Below are positions 62,301-64,000 of a stretch of 64,000 nt of DNA, in pieces; position 1 is the first letter of the stretch, and each line of letters opens with the position of its first letter. Source of the DNA: Botryllus schlosseri. Lineage: Eukaryota. Where the stretch lies: contig CM119380.1 in the NCBI GenBank assembly GCA_051294905.1, positions 3,348,001-3,412,000 on the forward strand. The letters are read 5' to 3'. The notes under the pieces were generated by a model. That model saw nothing but the letters and a program-made list of their open reading frames with translations. It was not told where the DNA came from and searched no databases. The position numbers and the translations under genes were made by a program.

Positions 62301-63034
62301 CTACTAAAAACACGGCCTTACAGTCTGCCTATTGACCTGAAAATTAAGAGGCCAGTTCTGAAAAAGTGTAAATCTCACGGTTATACCTACGCAGATGGTA
62401 AGTAGCACGCAAGTAAAAACCACAGTGGATTCTGACAAGTATTTATTGTCTTAAGATGATTGAATATCGTTTTAACACGGAAAAAATCATTTTAGTCCCA
62501 AAAGAGCTGCTAGTCAGGTGGACAATTCACGGATATTACTGCAAAAACTTGTGCGGATGAATACAGTTGTAGTTGTTGTTGTTGAAGTCAAGACATTTGT
62601 AGTTGTTCGAGTTGAGGCGTGCGTTGCTGTTCGTCGCGTTGCACTTGTTTCTTTCGCTATGTAGAGTATATTCACGAGCTAAGGGTCAGTATTATCATTT
62701 GATAGGTTAGTTAGCAATCAGGTTACTGTTCCTCGACAGTGCCAGCGGTTCAAGTTGACGCGAAGAACGTCGTGTTCGAACGGCTCCATTGTAGTATCAT
62801 AATCTGCTTGCTCGCTAACATAGTCTTGGATACGGTAGTCTATTTTGACGAATTGTATAACTGGTAGCGTTGGTTCTAAGACATTTATAATGACGAAGGC
62901 ATGTTCATTGTAACTGCTTCTATATAATTTCATTAATTGTTGCAAGGCTTGGATAGGGTGCTGTTCCAGAATACCATTTTACTTCAGTGATGTATAATTT
63001 GTTAATATTCATTTTCTAGTGTAGTTAATAGGCG

Positions 63035-64000
63035 ATGGTTCTTGAGTGTTGCGTGGTTGGGTGTACTTCTGGAAATACTACTGCCAAATCTGCCAAAGTC
63101 TCAAGCAGGGGATCAGCATGTTGTATACTATGAGCTATGTTTGGAAAACTTTTCGAAAATCAAGAATGCCATAAAATTGACAGTCAGAATTGAGGGTGCA
63201 GATGCAACATATTGGGACACCTGTGCCTTTACCAACATGGTTTCGCACAAGCAGAAATACTCTGCTCAAAAGGAAATGCGAGCTACTAAACTTCCCAAGC
63301 TATTTGGATAGTCTAACTGATCCGGATCCCGAAGAAGATATTTTAGAACAGCTGCGTAATCTAAGATACCACAAGGCTGGCAATAGTCCGGTATCCTCTG
63401 GCAATATGATCCTGTACTGCTTGCTTTTACGTTCTATTTCTTGCCAAGCGTACAAAAGACACTTCTGGAAACTTTCCCTATGCCATCTTTGAGCTGTTTG
63501 CGAACAAGACTAAAGGGGCTATTGATTTTTCAAAGGCCATGGAAATTTCTGAGGATGTTATCGTGATGGTGGATGAAATGTATCTGCAAAAAAGTGTGCA
63601 ATATCATGGTGGCAAATATTATGGTGCTGATGAAGATGGAAATCTTTACAAAGGCGTCGTAGTGATTATGATTAAGGGACTTGAAAAATCGCTTCCTTTA
63701 GTCCTACAAATTTTACCAGAAACACAAATTTAAGGTGCCTGGTTAGCGTAAAAGCTGTCTGATTGCATCACGAAAATCTCGGATCTAGAATTTAATATGA
63801 GAGGTATTGTTTCTGACAACCACAGTACCAACGTTCGTGCTTTCAATATACTGTCATCGCAGTTTGGTTCAAACTGTGAGTTGTTCATCAATCATCCAAG
63901 TTGCAAGACAAAAATCTATCTATTTTATGGCAACGTTCATTTGGTGAGGAACATTCGCAACAATCTACTGAATTCTAGGAGATTTTCCTTTCCATCATTC
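63035..64000 (+). pseudogene. THAP plus P-element/THAP9-like transposase, frameshifted, runs off the window
   Basis: MVLECCVVGCTSG; MILYCLLLRSISCQAY; PMPSLSCL; VIVMVDEMYLQKSVQYHGG; GIVSDNHSTNV; HLVRNIRNNLLN. Confidence 0.92.

Overview
Eukaryotic (animal, probably marine-invertebrate-like; AT-rich, 55-65 bp GT-AG introns) transposon-dense region with no recognisable host gene, RNA gene or CRISPR array. Most of it resolves into nested DNA transposons, many delimited by TIRs and target-site duplications read directly from the sequence: hAT (Charlie/SPIN, Tip100-like, hATm), P-element/THAP9-like, PIF/Harbinger (with a spliced MADF gene), ISL2EU, CMC (Chapaev/EnSpm-like), Merlin/IS1595-like and Tc1/pogo-type MITEs. 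Small R2-like and BEL/Pao retroelement fragments are also present. Highlights: (1) an apparently intact 5-exon, 303-aa Merlin DDE transposase (31254->30096) whose inverted arms contain a 60-bp unit, about 3 copies on one side and a ~21-copy satellite on the other, with a decayed paralogue at ~59.6-62.3 kb where the unit has become a 120-bp dimer; (2) a young hATm element made of two copies of its own 3' end (~690-bp inverted arms, perfect 8-bp TSD); (3) an R2-type Myb domain ORF with no RT, bracketed by phase-matched splice sites; (4) a multi-level nested stack at 5.0-19.8 kb; (5) protein-kinase fragments interleaved with a hAT transposase. All family assignments come from recognising motifs by eye; no database searches were run.
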